From a bacterium (GTDB lineage: Bacteria; Patescibacteriota; Minisyncoccia; Minisyncoccales; CG1-02-41-26), in the NCBI GenBank assembly GCA_030619905.1, contig JAUXAO010000001.1, positions 48,348-112,347 of the forward strand: 64,000 bases of DNA. The letters run 5' to 3'. The position numbers and the translations under genes are program-made. The notes below the pieces were generated by a model that made no database searches, was not told the DNA's origin, and saw nothing but the letters and a program-made list of their open reading frames with translations. Of the stretch, positions 45,996 through 54,787 are shown in pieces; position 1 is the first letter of the stretch, and every line of letters begins with the position of its first letter.

Positions 45996-47811
45996 ATTTT
46001 GTAAGACTATTTTTATAATCTTTAAATATCTGTTTCCTATCAGAGTAATCGCTTATTTTTTTAGTACTCCAGATTCCATTACAAAATTTAATTTTTTTGT
46101 TTTGGACAGTAAATAATTCTAAACATTCATAACAGTCTTTAGGAATTTTGTAGTTCTGAATAATCTCTCTATGTCTTAAGCCAAATAGACGTTTAGGAAG
46201 AGGCTTGGTCACTTTAAAAAATACTTTATTCTTCTTGAGATTGGAAAGAAAAATTTCCACCTTTTTTCCGGTTTCAATATTTAAATCATTCTTGAAAAAG
46301 TTGAAAGAAAGTAAAAGTAACTTTGGCTTATAGTCTTTATTTTTACAGGATAATATTTGTTTTAATAATAAACTTAAGTCTTTTTGGGCTAGATTAATTT
46401 TAATTAAGGAACTTTTCTCCATTAAATTTCCATCTGTTTCCATTAACTCGAATTTGTTGAAATACATAACGAAAAATAACGCTGATTTCTTCCGTTCAAA
46501 AAAAGGTTTTATTCCCTCCCAATATTTCTCAGCACGATAAAGTATATATTTTTTGGATACCTTTCTCGTAAATAAACAATCTTCTTTGGATGGTTTAAAT
46601 ATGTTTTTTGTTACTCTCAACGCTCGTGAAGGACAACTCCCCCCGCAATTCCATTTTAAAAAACAATCATGACATTTTCTCATATTATTTACAGTTCTCC
46701 TTTGTAAGTATTTAACTTTCTTTTGGTTCAAAATGAACTTGTTATTCTTTTTATCGTATTTCCCATAAATGAAAGGGGACTTTTCATGCGATTCGCCTAG
46801 ATAATCATCATAACATGCGCTGATAAAACCGTCCGTAGTCAACATAAAGTTAGGGATAGAACAATCACAATAAATATTTCTTTTACAATAAATGTTAAAG
46901 AAAACGTTTTCTTTTAGATAAATATCAAGCTCTTCTGCTAATTCTCTCGCAGCCAAAAACTCATTAATGTATGTGTCAAAATCTGGACGCTGAGTGAATA
47001 GACTTGTTGTTTGATCGCTCCTGCCCATTTTAAACAATGGCGAAAAATGTATTTGATTTATACCTAATCTGCGCAAATATTCTAATATTTCCTTCTGTCT
47101 TTCGACTGAATATGCTGTAATAGTAGCTCTAACAAAAAGATTAATATTAAATTTTGAAAGAATTTTTATTGTCCTTTCTATAAAATGACTAGTTTGCTTT
47201 CCATTTTTAGACGGCCTCTGCTTGTCCTGTACAGATGGGGGACCATCACAGGAAATTGAAACCCAATCCATATTTTTTGCCAGCCATAAAGCAGTTTCTT
47301 TTGCAAATACTCCATTTGTTTGAATACCAAAATAAGCTCTTTCTACTCTCTTTCTGGCATAAGCCACTATTTTTTTGACCAATTCTATTCTGACAGTAGG
47401 TTCTCCACCTCCTTGAAAACGAATGCAAAGACTTTTGGGATTCTTTCTAAGTTTTAAGAAAAAATCAATACTTTTTTTTGCTAATTCTAAATTTATATTA
47501 ATCTTTTTTTCTCCTCCTCTGGCATAACAATACTTACACTTTAAATTACAATTCGTCGTTGGGAAAATAAACATTAGAGTCCTAGGACCAAAAGATTGAT
47601 TATCCGGAATTGGCAAAGTATAAGAAACATTTCTATTTTTAATATTTCCTAATTTATTATTAAATAGAAAAACTCTGTTTAGTAAAGAACTATAAAAAAT
47701 ATAACCATCTTTAATTCGGCCTATTCTATGTAAATCCGGCTTAATTCTAATTTTATCATTGAGATTTCTTAGTTTCGAGTTGTCGATTAAATCAAATTTT
47801 TTTGTTTTCAT
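45949..47811 (-). CDS. large radical SAM/SPASM protein (anSME-like core with N- and C-terminal extensions; paralog of 48821..50182); HxsB/HxsC-like candidate
   Basis: CNLKCKYCYARGGEKK; GGGEPT; SPASM (CDCSIPNFMLTTDGFISAC ... CHDCFLKWNCGGSCP). The N-terminal 60 aa are shared with 48821..50182. Confidence 0.8.
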   Translation of the reverse strand: MKTKKFDLIDNSKLRNLNDKIRIKPDLHRIGRIKDGYIFYSSLLNRVFLFNNKLGNIKNRNVSYTLPIPDNQSFGPRTLMFIFPTTNCNLKCKYCYARGGEKKININLELAKKSIDFFLKLRKNPKSLCIRFQGGGEPTVRIELVKKIVAYARKRVERAYFGIQTNGVFAKETALWLAKNMDWVSISCDGPPSVQDKQRPSKNGKQTSHFIERTIKILSKFNINLFVRATITAYSVERQKEILEYLRRLGINQIHFSPLFKMGRSDQTTSLFTQRPDFDTYINEFLAARELAEELDIYLKENVFFNIYCKRNIYCDCSIPNFMLTTDGFISACYDDYLGESHEKSPFIYGKYDKKNNKFILNQKKVKYLQRRTVNNMRKCHDCFLKWNCGGSCPSRALRVTKNIFKPSKEDCLFTRKVSKKYILYRAEKYWEGIKPFFERKKSALFFVMYFNKFELMETDGNLMEKSSLIKINLAQKDLSLLLKQILSCKNKDYKPKLLLLSFNFFKNDLNIETGKKVEIFLSNLKKNKVFFKVTKPLPKRLFGLRHREIIQNYKIPKDCYECLELFTVQNKKIKFCNGIWSTKKISDYSDRKQIFKDYKNSLTKYAEKKNKKNSNHCWI

Positions 47812-48272
47812 TATATTAAATACTAAAAAACATTAAAACTATTATTCTCTCTATTCTTTTTATCTATAGAATTTCTAAATATTCATACTAATAGATTTTA
47901 TGATACTTCTTTTTGAATCGAATTCAATAGACTTGAACCGATAAAAAAATGAACCTGCAGATACGACCGTTATTATTTTATTTTTAGGATCACCAGAATT
48001 TGTAGGAAGTGAGAAATTTATTATAGTAATATCTTTTTTCCTACTCATAATTTATTTATCTTTTATAACTATATCTAAAAAATACTTTATAAATAATTAA
48101 TAACTATTTCCTCCTAAGATGATAGTTATGTCCATCAGAAATACTTTTTACTTAAATAAAAAATAAACACTTAATTTCTTCATCGTTGGATTTGATAATA
48201 AGTGTAAAAACTTGAGATAACTTTTTCAATTTTTGCTATAAAATGCTTACGAGATCAATTACCTTAGAGATG

Positions 48273-48818
48273 TTATTCTATAATCAATTTTAGCTCGGCT
48301 ATAATGGAATTAAACATTCCAACTAATAAATCGTCGTCTTTCGATACAGCAATGGCTTGGTCTCTACCAGGATAGACTGGTTCTGTAAAAAGTATTAGTT
48401 CTTTTCTTTCCTCTGAAATTGTTAAGTCAAAAATTGCATCGCATTTTCTTTCGCTCAGAGCAGGGATAATTTTAGGCCAAGGAACATAATAATAGGTAAT
48501 CTTTATGCCTAATCCTTCTTCTATTGCTTCAGCAATATCTTTATACAATACAGAAGGCACATAGAATCTATCTTGACAGATAGTTATTTCTTTTTTCACA
48601 GCAATATCAGAATTCTCTTTTAACCAACTAACCAATAATTCTTTCTGTTGACCTTCAAGACTAAAATCTAACGGCAGGAATTTCTCTCTGACCTGAAGAT
48701 CTGTTTCAGGAGGAAGATTATTATTAGAAAGAGAAAAATAAATGACACAGCCTAAAACTGCTGAAATAATAATCAAGATAACAAGTATTTTCTTATTTCT
48801 AAAATTAAATAATTTCAT
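48273..48818 (-). CDS. membrane-anchored fragment of a family-3 solute-binding protein (SBP_bac_3 N-lobe only)
   Basis: N-terminal TM helix; the CDAIFDLTISEERKELILFTEPVY block matches the SBP_bac_3 signature D-x6-T-x2-R-x5-F-[ST]-x-P-[YV]; the residue preceding the final P is E rather than the usual S/T (…FTEPVY), so the fit is close but not exact. Only 181 aa, against about 250-280 for a full SBP. Confidence 0.45.
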   Translation of the reverse strand: MKLFNFRNKKILVILIIISAVLGCVIYFSLSNNNLPPETDLQVREKFLPLDFSLEGQQKELLVSWLKENSDIAVKKEITICQDRFYVPSVLYKDIAEAIEEGLGIKITYYYVPWPKIIPALSERKCDAIFDLTISEERKELILFTEPVYPGRDQAIAVSKDDDLLVGMFNSIIAELKLIIE

Positions 48819-48820
48819 TT

Positions 48821-50182
48821 TTATTTAATAGAGCAAAGTTCCTTTTCTACTTTATAAAGTAGATACTCCTTGCTACATTTTTGTTTTGTACTACATCTCT
48901 CCCGATTAACTTTGAACATATCACCTGTCAAAGCGATCGTTTTACTATGACATCCTCCTGCACAATTCCATTTTAAGAAACAATTTTGACAGGATTGCAT
49001 ATTGCAAACTATTCTTTTCTGTAAATAATTAATCCTTTTTTGGTTAAAAACAATTTTCTTTCTTTTTTTATCAAACCTTCCATATATTAATTCTTTCGGA
49101 GCCGTTCTTCCAAGATAGGCTTCATAACAACAGCTGATATAACTATCAGGCGTAAGAAATATATTAGGAATGGAAGCACCACAATGAGCACATGATCTTC
49201 TGTAAACTGGTAAAAAAGCACTTATTAATTTAATATTTAATTCATCCGCTAATTTTTTTGCTTCCAAATAATTCTCTATGTATAAAGCTAGGTCAGGCGC
49301 TTTGGAAAAATTATCTTTTGGCTTAAAGCTCCTTCCTGCCTCAAATATTGGCTCAAAATGAACTGATTTTATGCCTAATTTATGAAAATATTTAATTATT
49401 TCTCTCTGTTTTGTAACGGAAAAAGCAGAAATTGTAGATCTTACTGAAAAAGGATAGTTATTTTTTACCAGGAATTCAATAGTTTTCTCGACAAAAGGAC
49501 TACTTTTATCTCCATCCTTTAATGGCCTCTGTCTATCCTGAATACGAGGTGGCCCATCTATAGATACAGAAAGTTGAAAATTATTCTTTATTAAATAAAC
49601 AAGGGTTGTTTTAGGAAGTTTACCGTTTATTTGGGTACCAAAATTTAATTTATCTATCTTCTTCTCGGCATATTTAATTATTTTCTTTATTAAACCAATT
49701 GCTAAAGTGGGTTCTCCTCCTCCATGAAAGTAAATATTCAAAGATTTTTTATTTCTCTCCGAAATATAATCTAAAACTGTTTTAACAAAACTGAAGTCAA
49801 TTGTTTCCTTTATATCTCCTCCTTGAGCAAAACAATACTTACACTTTAGATTACAGTCAGTAGTCAAAAGGATGAAGAGGTCACCATAATATCGAAACTT
49901 AGTATAAGGATTACAGTAAGAACGAAAAATATTACTATCTTTATTTAACAACAACTTAGCTTGAGAAAATGCTTTTTGTTTATCTTTCGGTATCTTCTTA
50001 GAATTAAGCAGATTTTTTGCCTCTTTATCTAATAAAAAAACTCTGTTTAGCAAAGAACTATAAAGAACATAATCATTTTTTATTTTACCAATATAATGTA
50101 GGTCTGGTATAATTTTTAAATCATCACCGAAACTTATTTTTGCATACGAATTATCTAAAAAATCAATAAAGTTTATTCTCAT
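48821..50182 (-). CDS. radical SAM/SPASM protein directly upstream-adjacent to the HxS-repeat genes (HxsB/HxsC-like candidate)
   Basis: CNLKCKYCFAQGGDIKE; GGGEPT; SPASM (CAHCGASIPNIFLTPDSYISCC ... CQNCFLKWNCAGGCH). Confidence 0.8.
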   Translation of the reverse strand: MRINFIDFLDNSYAKISFGDDLKIIPDLHYIGKIKNDYVLYSSLLNRVFLLDKEAKNLLNSKKIPKDKQKAFSQAKLLLNKDSNIFRSYCNPYTKFRYYGDLFILLTTDCNLKCKYCFAQGGDIKETIDFSFVKTVLDYISERNKKSLNIYFHGGGEPTLAIGLIKKIIKYAEKKIDKLNFGTQINGKLPKTTLVYLIKNNFQLSVSIDGPPRIQDRQRPLKDGDKSSPFVEKTIEFLVKNNYPFSVRSTISAFSVTKQREIIKYFHKLGIKSVHFEPIFEAGRSFKPKDNFSKAPDLALYIENYLEAKKLADELNIKLISAFLPVYRRSCAHCGASIPNIFLTPDSYISCCYEAYLGRTAPKELIYGRFDKKRKKIVFNQKRINYLQKRIVCNMQSCQNCFLKWNCAGGCHSKTIALTGDMFKVNRERCSTKQKCSKEYLLYKVEKELCSIK

Positions 50183-50205
50183 AAAAAGGAATTCTAATCA
50201 GGATA

Positions 50206-50745
50206 TTATATTTCTGCCCCAACTCCCGCACAACAAGGACAAGCACTACCATGGGAAGAATGATTAGAATGGGAGTCGTGAGAACTATGGGAACCATGAG
50301 AACCATGAGAAGAATGAGAAGAATGGGAGGCATGAGAACAATGAGATTGATGAGAACTATGAGAACTGTGAGATCCATGAGATCCATGAGATCCATGGGA
50401 AGAATGGGAAGAATGGGAACTGTGCGAGCCATGCGAGCCGTGGGAAACATGGGATCCATGAGAGCCATGCGAGCCATGAGAGACATGAGAAGAATGGGAG
50501 CCATGCGAGCCATGGGAAACATGAGAAGAATGGGATGTATGGGAGGCATGGGAAGAATGGGAAGAGTGGTCACATTTCCACTCTGCCTGAACATCCTTAG
50601 CGATCATAGACCCTCCTACAGCTGCACCTAACACAAGAAGCATTGTTCCTGCTTTAACAATGTCTTTTTTATTGACATTTCCTTCTTCAGAGGTAAGAAA
50701 GGCTTTAATATTCTTTTTAAATTTTGGCAATAATTTGTTTTCCAT
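50206..50745 (-). CDS. His-Xaa-Ser repeat precursor-like protein (HxsA-like), copy 1: leader followed by about 35 consecutive HxS triplets and a Cys-rich tail
   Basis: MENKLLPKFKKNIKAFLTSEEGNVNKKDIVKAGTMLLVLGAAVGGSMIAKDVQAEWKCD, then HSS HSS HAS HTS HSS HVS HGS ... HGS, then ACPCCAGVGAEI. The leader is shared with copy 2. Confidence 0.8.
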   Translation of the reverse strand: MENKLLPKFKKNIKAFLTSEEGNVNKKDIVKAGTMLLVLGAAVGGSMIAKDVQAEWKCDHSSHSSHASHTSHSSHVSHGSHGSHSSHVSHGSHGSHGSHVSHGSHGSHSSHSSHSSHGSHGSHGSHSSHSSHQSHCSHASHSSHSSHGSHGSHSSHDSHSNHSSHGSACPCCAGVGAEI

Positions 50746-50770
50746 TTTTTATCTATATTCGAATATTTTA

Positions 50771-51166
50771 TTAACACCAACCACCCTGAGCATGAGAACT
50801 ATGAGAACCGTGTGAGGCATGAGAACAATGGGAACTATGGGAACGATGGCAAGAACTATGAGATCCATGGGAAGAATGGGAAGAATGGGAACTGTGCGAG
50901 CCATGCGAGCCATGAGAGACATGAGAAGAATGGGAGCCATGCGAGCCATGAGAGACATGAGAAGAATGGGAAGAATGGGAACCATGGGAAGAATGTTCAC
51001 ACTCAGGCCACTGGGCTTGCACTTCACGAGCAATCATAGACCCTCCTACAGCTGCACCTAACACAAGAAGCATTGTTCCTGCTTTAACAATGTCTTTTTT
51101 ATTGACATTTCCTTCTTCAGAGGTAAGAAAGGCTTTAATATTCTTTTTAAATTTTGGTAGCTTCAT
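50771..51166 (-). CDS. His-Xaa-Ser repeat precursor-like protein (HxsA-like), copy 2: same leader followed by about 22 HxS triplets and a Cys/Trp tail
   Basis: MKLPKFKKNIKAFLTSEEGNVNKKDIVKAGTMLLVLGAAVGGSMIAREVQAQWPECE, then HSS HGS HSS HSS HVS ..., then AQGGWC. Confidence 0.8.
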   Translation of the reverse strand: MKLPKFKKNIKAFLTSEEGNVNKKDIVKAGTMLLVLGAAVGGSMIAREVQAQWPECEHSSHGSHSSHSSHVSHGSHGSHSSHVSHGSHGSHSSHSSHSSHGSHSSCHRSHSSHCSHASHGSHSSHAQGGWC

Positions 51167-51630
51167 TCTTGTTCACTTACCATTTTAGTTATTCTAATAG
51201 CTGTAAATTCATTAAGTTCATTGATTCCATCACGAGTTGACTCAATTGTCACTACTACAACATCATCGTCTACGCCTATTTCAGAAAACTCACAGGGATT
51301 TTTTTGTTTGTCATCTACGTAGTAAACTTCACACTCTGTATTGTTTGTAAGTTTGATAGTCTTTTCCATTGTTTCTTCCTGGGCATTTTCAATTAGAAAG
51401 GTTCTTGCTTCTATTTTAAAAGTCATTTCTTCAGAATCGATTGCCTTAACTATCCCCTCTATAAGATTATTTGGATATTCTTCTTCCAAAAGTTCTCTGT
51501 CTTCCTCTTCAGTAACAGGAGGCTGATAGGTCAATGCCAGAAAACCGATCAGAGCAACAATAATTACTCCTATTAAAATAAATAAATTCCTTTTATTTTT
51601 TTTCATAATTTTCATAATTTCAGTTTTCAT
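51163..51630 (-). CDS. cluster-specific membrane-anchored protein (paralog of 56841..57203)
   Basis: N-terminal TM helix. The YPNNLIEGI and NEFTAIRITKM motifs are shared with 56841..57203 (YPPNLIEGK, SKFTATKISKF). Confidence 0.45.
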   Translation of the reverse strand: MKTEIMKIMKKNKRNLFILIGVIIVALIGFLALTYQPPVTEEEDRELLEEEYPNNLIEGIVKAIDSEEMTFKIEARTFLIENAQEETMEKTIKLTNNTECEVYYVDDKQKNPCEFSEIGVDDDVVVVTIESTRDGINELNEFTAIRITKMVSEQE

Positions 51631-51719
51631 AATTTTATATTATTATATTATTATATGTTATTATATTATTTTATCTTACCAAATTAGACAGTGTCAAGCA
51701 ATTATCTTAAAAATTATAT

Positions 51720-52802
51720 CTAAAAGCAAATCTCTTCCTCTATTCTTTGAATATAATGGTTAAATAAGTTGTTACTTAAAGCATTAAGTTTAATTTTCTT
51801 GGAGGCTTTTAAACAAAGATTACGGCATATTCCATATACTTTCTCAGCTTTTTTATCAGCATAAGGATAATCAGAAGAATAATTTAATTGGCACATCTGA
51901 CAATTATGATTTTTAAAATTATATTTGCACTTTTTAAAACTTCCAAAAAATCCGGAATTAACATTGCCAATAATATATTTCTCTTTATCTGGAGAGTTTA
52001 ACAAAAAAGGGGAAAAGGCCATTATGCCTGAGGGATAAACTTCCAGGTTATACCAGAAAGGACATTCGATCCTAAGCGATTGACTGATTTTCTGATACTT
52101 AATTTCCCAATTAACCGGATTTAGAAATATAAAGTTCTCTTTTTGAATATTAATGAGAATAAAATCTATAATTTTATTGAAACTCGAAATAAATTTCTTC
52201 TGAGCCTCTTTTGACCATTCTTCGTACTGCTGGATTATTTCAAAACTCATATGATTAAAGCCGAGTTTTAATAGATGTTTAAAATTCTTTTCCATCCTTA
52301 TTACCGTAGAAGGAAATAAACAGAAACCAACGCCTAAATTCTTTCTGGGAATTTTTTCAAAAATCATTGGTAGTTTTTTTGAAATTATTTCATAAGTACC
52401 TTCGTTTTTCTCCAGATTTCTGAATTTATCCTGGTCAGACCTTCCTCCCACCAAGCTGATAATTAATTTTATGTCATGTTTTTCTAGAAAATCTAAATGT
52501 TTTTTTTCGAGCAAAACAGCGTTCGTACAAACTGTTGTGGTCAAATTCTTTTTCAACTTTTTAGCTTGAGATATCGCATAAGGTACCATTTCCTTAATTA
52601 ACTTAAAATTAAGTAAAGGTTCACCGCCATAAATTGATAAAAGTTTATCTTCCCCCCGCGATTTTAACAACAAATCAATACTATTTTTGGCAGTAGTAAG
52701 GTCCATGTATTCATTAGTCTTTTTTACAAAACAGTAATCACAGTTAAGATTACATTTTGTAGTTATGGCTAATTTTATTCTGTTTATTCGTTTTTTTATC
52801 AT
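51720..52802 (-). CDS. radical SAM protein with Cys-rich C-terminal (twitch/SPASM-like) region
   Basis: CNLNCDYC; GGEPL; C-terminal CPFWYN ... CQMCQLNYS ... CRNLC. Confidence 0.75.
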   Translation of the reverse strand: MIKKRINRIKLAITTKCNLNCDYCFVKKTNEYMDLTTAKNSIDLLLKSRGEDKLLSIYGGEPLLNFKLIKEMVPYAISQAKKLKKNLTTTVCTNAVLLEKKHLDFLEKHDIKLIISLVGGRSDQDKFRNLEKNEGTYEIISKKLPMIFEKIPRKNLGVGFCLFPSTVIRMEKNFKHLLKLGFNHMSFEIIQQYEEWSKEAQKKFISSFNKIIDFILINIQKENFIFLNPVNWEIKYQKISQSLRIECPFWYNLEVYPSGIMAFSPFLLNSPDKEKYIIGNVNSGFFGSFKKCKYNFKNHNCQMCQLNYSSDYPYADKKAEKVYGICRNLCLKASKKIKLNALSNNLFNHYIQRIEEEICF

Positions 52803-52803
52803 T

Positions 52804-53664
52804 TTATCTAAAATAAACCTCCAATTGTTTATTTTTAATAGCTATGAAGCTAACTCTAAAGTTTTTAACATGAGTTTTAATTTGTTCTAAAAAAGATTTA
52901 TGGGAGCTGAAACAAGACATTTTTGAAAACTGTTTGAAATCTAATCCTTTACAGCGAAAATATATGTCTTTTGAAAAAGGTTTATTATTTCTAAATCTAG
53001 TTAGTAAACCAATTCTTTTTATCGGCTTCAACTTATTAAGTTGTTGGAATACATTTTTCTCTTCCTTTCTTAAAATTTTAGAAGATGCTTTTATCGCCTG
53101 ATAAATTTTTAATGAACACTCACCATTTGGATAAAAATCGAAAATAATATTTTCTATATTAGTAAAATTTTGGTAAAGTGACTCCCATCTCTTTATTCCC
53201 AAAAATTTGCCTATAGTGGGTAGTAATTTAGTACTAACAGGATTTAAACCGATGCTAATTTTATCGAATTGGTTGCTAAAAGAATTAAAATCAACGTAAA
53301 ATACGATTACGTCATTTTTTCTTCCATGGGATAATGGAATAGATAAGATAAAATCTAAGATTTTTCGGTTAAACTTGAATTTAAAATTATCACTAATTTT
53401 TTTAAAAATATTTAATAGAATATCGCCTTTTATAAAATCTTGACATTTTTTTCGTCCAGAAAGCTTTGAATAATGAAAACAATAGGTAGCCTTAACCACT
53501 TTAAATTTTTCCATAGTGTTAAAAGAACTTTCAATATGATATCTTACCTTAGATTTTCTTAGATTATCGCCTAAATCAACTATCTTAAAAAATAACTTCT
53601 GGGTCTTTTTCGGGACTTTTATTAAAAATTTACTCGCCCATTTTTTATATTTATTTCTAGTCAT
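52804..53664 (-). CDS. hypothetical protein (no rSAM motif) inside the Hxs-like core
   Basis: 286 aa, basic, no recognisable motifs; packed at 2-nt spacing between rSAM genes. Confidence 0.4.
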   Translation of the reverse strand: MTRNKYKKWASKFLIKVPKKTQKLFFKIVDLGDNLRKSKVRYHIESSFNTMEKFKVVKATYCFHYSKLSGRKKCQDFIKGDILLNIFKKISDNFKFKFNRKILDFILSIPLSHGRKNDVIVFYVDFNSFSNQFDKISIGLNPVSTKLLPTIGKFLGIKRWESLYQNFTNIENIIFDFYPNGECSLKIYQAIKASSKILRKEEKNVFQQLNKLKPIKRIGLLTRFRNNKPFSKDIYFRCKGLDFKQFSKMSCFSSHKSFLEQIKTHVKNFRVSFIAIKNKQLEVYFR

Positions 53665-53680
53665 AATGGTCTACTTTTAG

Positions 53681-54787
53681 TCATAATGGTCTACTTTTCC
53701 ATTTTAAGATATTCTTTATTTTTAGAAAAGAAGAAATATAAATTTTTGAAATATTACAAAAGGTTTTAAAATATTTTTTAAAATCTTTCTCATTCTCAAT
53801 GCACCAGAGATATAAACCTATAGGACAAAAACAGTAATTTTCTAAAGAACACTTCAGACAACTATTTTGAGTTGATTCAACTATTTCTCTTTTTGCCTTT
53901 TTTAATAGCTCTAATCTTTTTACATAATTAACTCCTTTTTCTCCATTGCCAATTATGTATTTTTTTCTTCTGTTATCAAAGAAAGAAAATATTTTGTCAC
54001 AAAGATAAAAGTTCCCATCTGGACCTAATATCAGTTTTTGGCAGCAGAAATTATCACTATCTTTGTTCAACATCCTATTTATAAAAAGAATTTCGAGAGA
54101 AGAATCATAATTAGAATTCAAACTGCTATAAAATTCAGCAAATATATCAAATTCTTTTTTTAAAACATTAAGATGCTTCTTTGACCATAATCTATATATT
54201 TCTGGATAAAAATCTAGCTGGGAAAAACCATTCTCAACAAAAAACTTAATATTTTTGTTAAAATATTCTACTGTTTCCGGAGTAAAAACCGAACAAATCT
54301 TAATCTTTTTTTTATCCAAATCCTTGATATTACCCCAAGTTGTCTTAAAAACAGAAGATTTTCCATCTTTAAACACTCTATTTATATCATTTATATTTTT
54401 TCTACCATCTAGGCTCACTGAAAGAACAATATTATTTTTCTTTAAAAAGTCATACTTTTTTTTATTAAGTAAAGTTCCATTGGTAGAAACTATTATAATA
54501 GATTCCTTCCCTTTTTGGTTTTTCCTAACCGATTCTATTAATTTTTTTAGAGAAGACCAATATAACAAAGGTTCTCCTCCGGTAAAACTTATAACAGGAT
54601 TTTCTGAAGGATTTCTCAAAAAGAAATTAATTCCTTTTTTTATTAAAGGAATATTTAAAGGGATTTTTCTCAGGTTTTCTTTATCAATAAAACAATAGCT
54701 GCAATCAAGATTGCAGCTCCCACCAAGAAAAATAGAAAGAGAATGATATTTCATAAATAATACTAATGTTATCTTCTGCTGGTCCAT
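53681..54787 (-). CDS. radical SAM/SPASM-like protein (HxsC-like candidate)
   Basis: CNLDCSYC; GGEPL; C-terminal CCQKLILGPDGNFYLC ... CLKCSLENYCFC. Confidence 0.75.
   Translation of the reverse strand: MDQQKITLVLFMKYHSLSIFLGGSCNLDCSYCFIDKENLRKIPLNIPLIKKGINFFLRNPSENPVISFTGGEPLLYWSSLKKLIESVRKNQKGKESIIIVSTNGTLLNKKKYDFLKKNNIVLSVSLDGRKNINDINRVFKDGKSSVFKTTWGNIKDLDKKKIKICSVFTPETVEYFNKNIKFFVENGFSQLDFYPEIYRLWSKKHLNVLKKEFDIFAEFYSSLNSNYDSSLEILFINRMLNKDSDNFCCQKLILGPDGNFYLCDKIFSFFDNRRKKYIIGNGEKGVNYVKRLELLKKAKREIVESTQNSCLKCSLENYCFCPIGLYLWCIENEKDFKKYFKTFCNISKIYISSFLKIKNILKWKSRPL

Noticed and set aside
50220-51010. Tandem short repeats that could be mistaken for a CRISPR array or a minisatellite
   Set aside because: The repeat unit is 9 nt, degenerate and in phase with a long ORF. 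There are no unique spacers between constant repeats, and no cas genes.
50163-51061. Alternative-frame ORFs across the HxS repeat DNA (50163..50594-, 50251..50631+, 50749..51033-, 50812..51039+, 50819..51061+), translating as MxRM/LMSLMARM repeats
   Set aside because: They are by-products of the 9-nt periodic repeat. Only the His-Xaa-Ser frame has a conserved leader, a start context and a paralog with an identical N-terminus.
51631-51719. AT-only short tandem repeats (ttttcataatt ×3, attatatt ×n) between the rSAM gene 51720.. and 51163..51630
   Set aside because: This is probably low-complexity promoter or spacer DNA in an AT-rich genome. Part of it simply encodes the MKTEIMKIMKK start of the downstream gene. 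It is not a structured repeat element.
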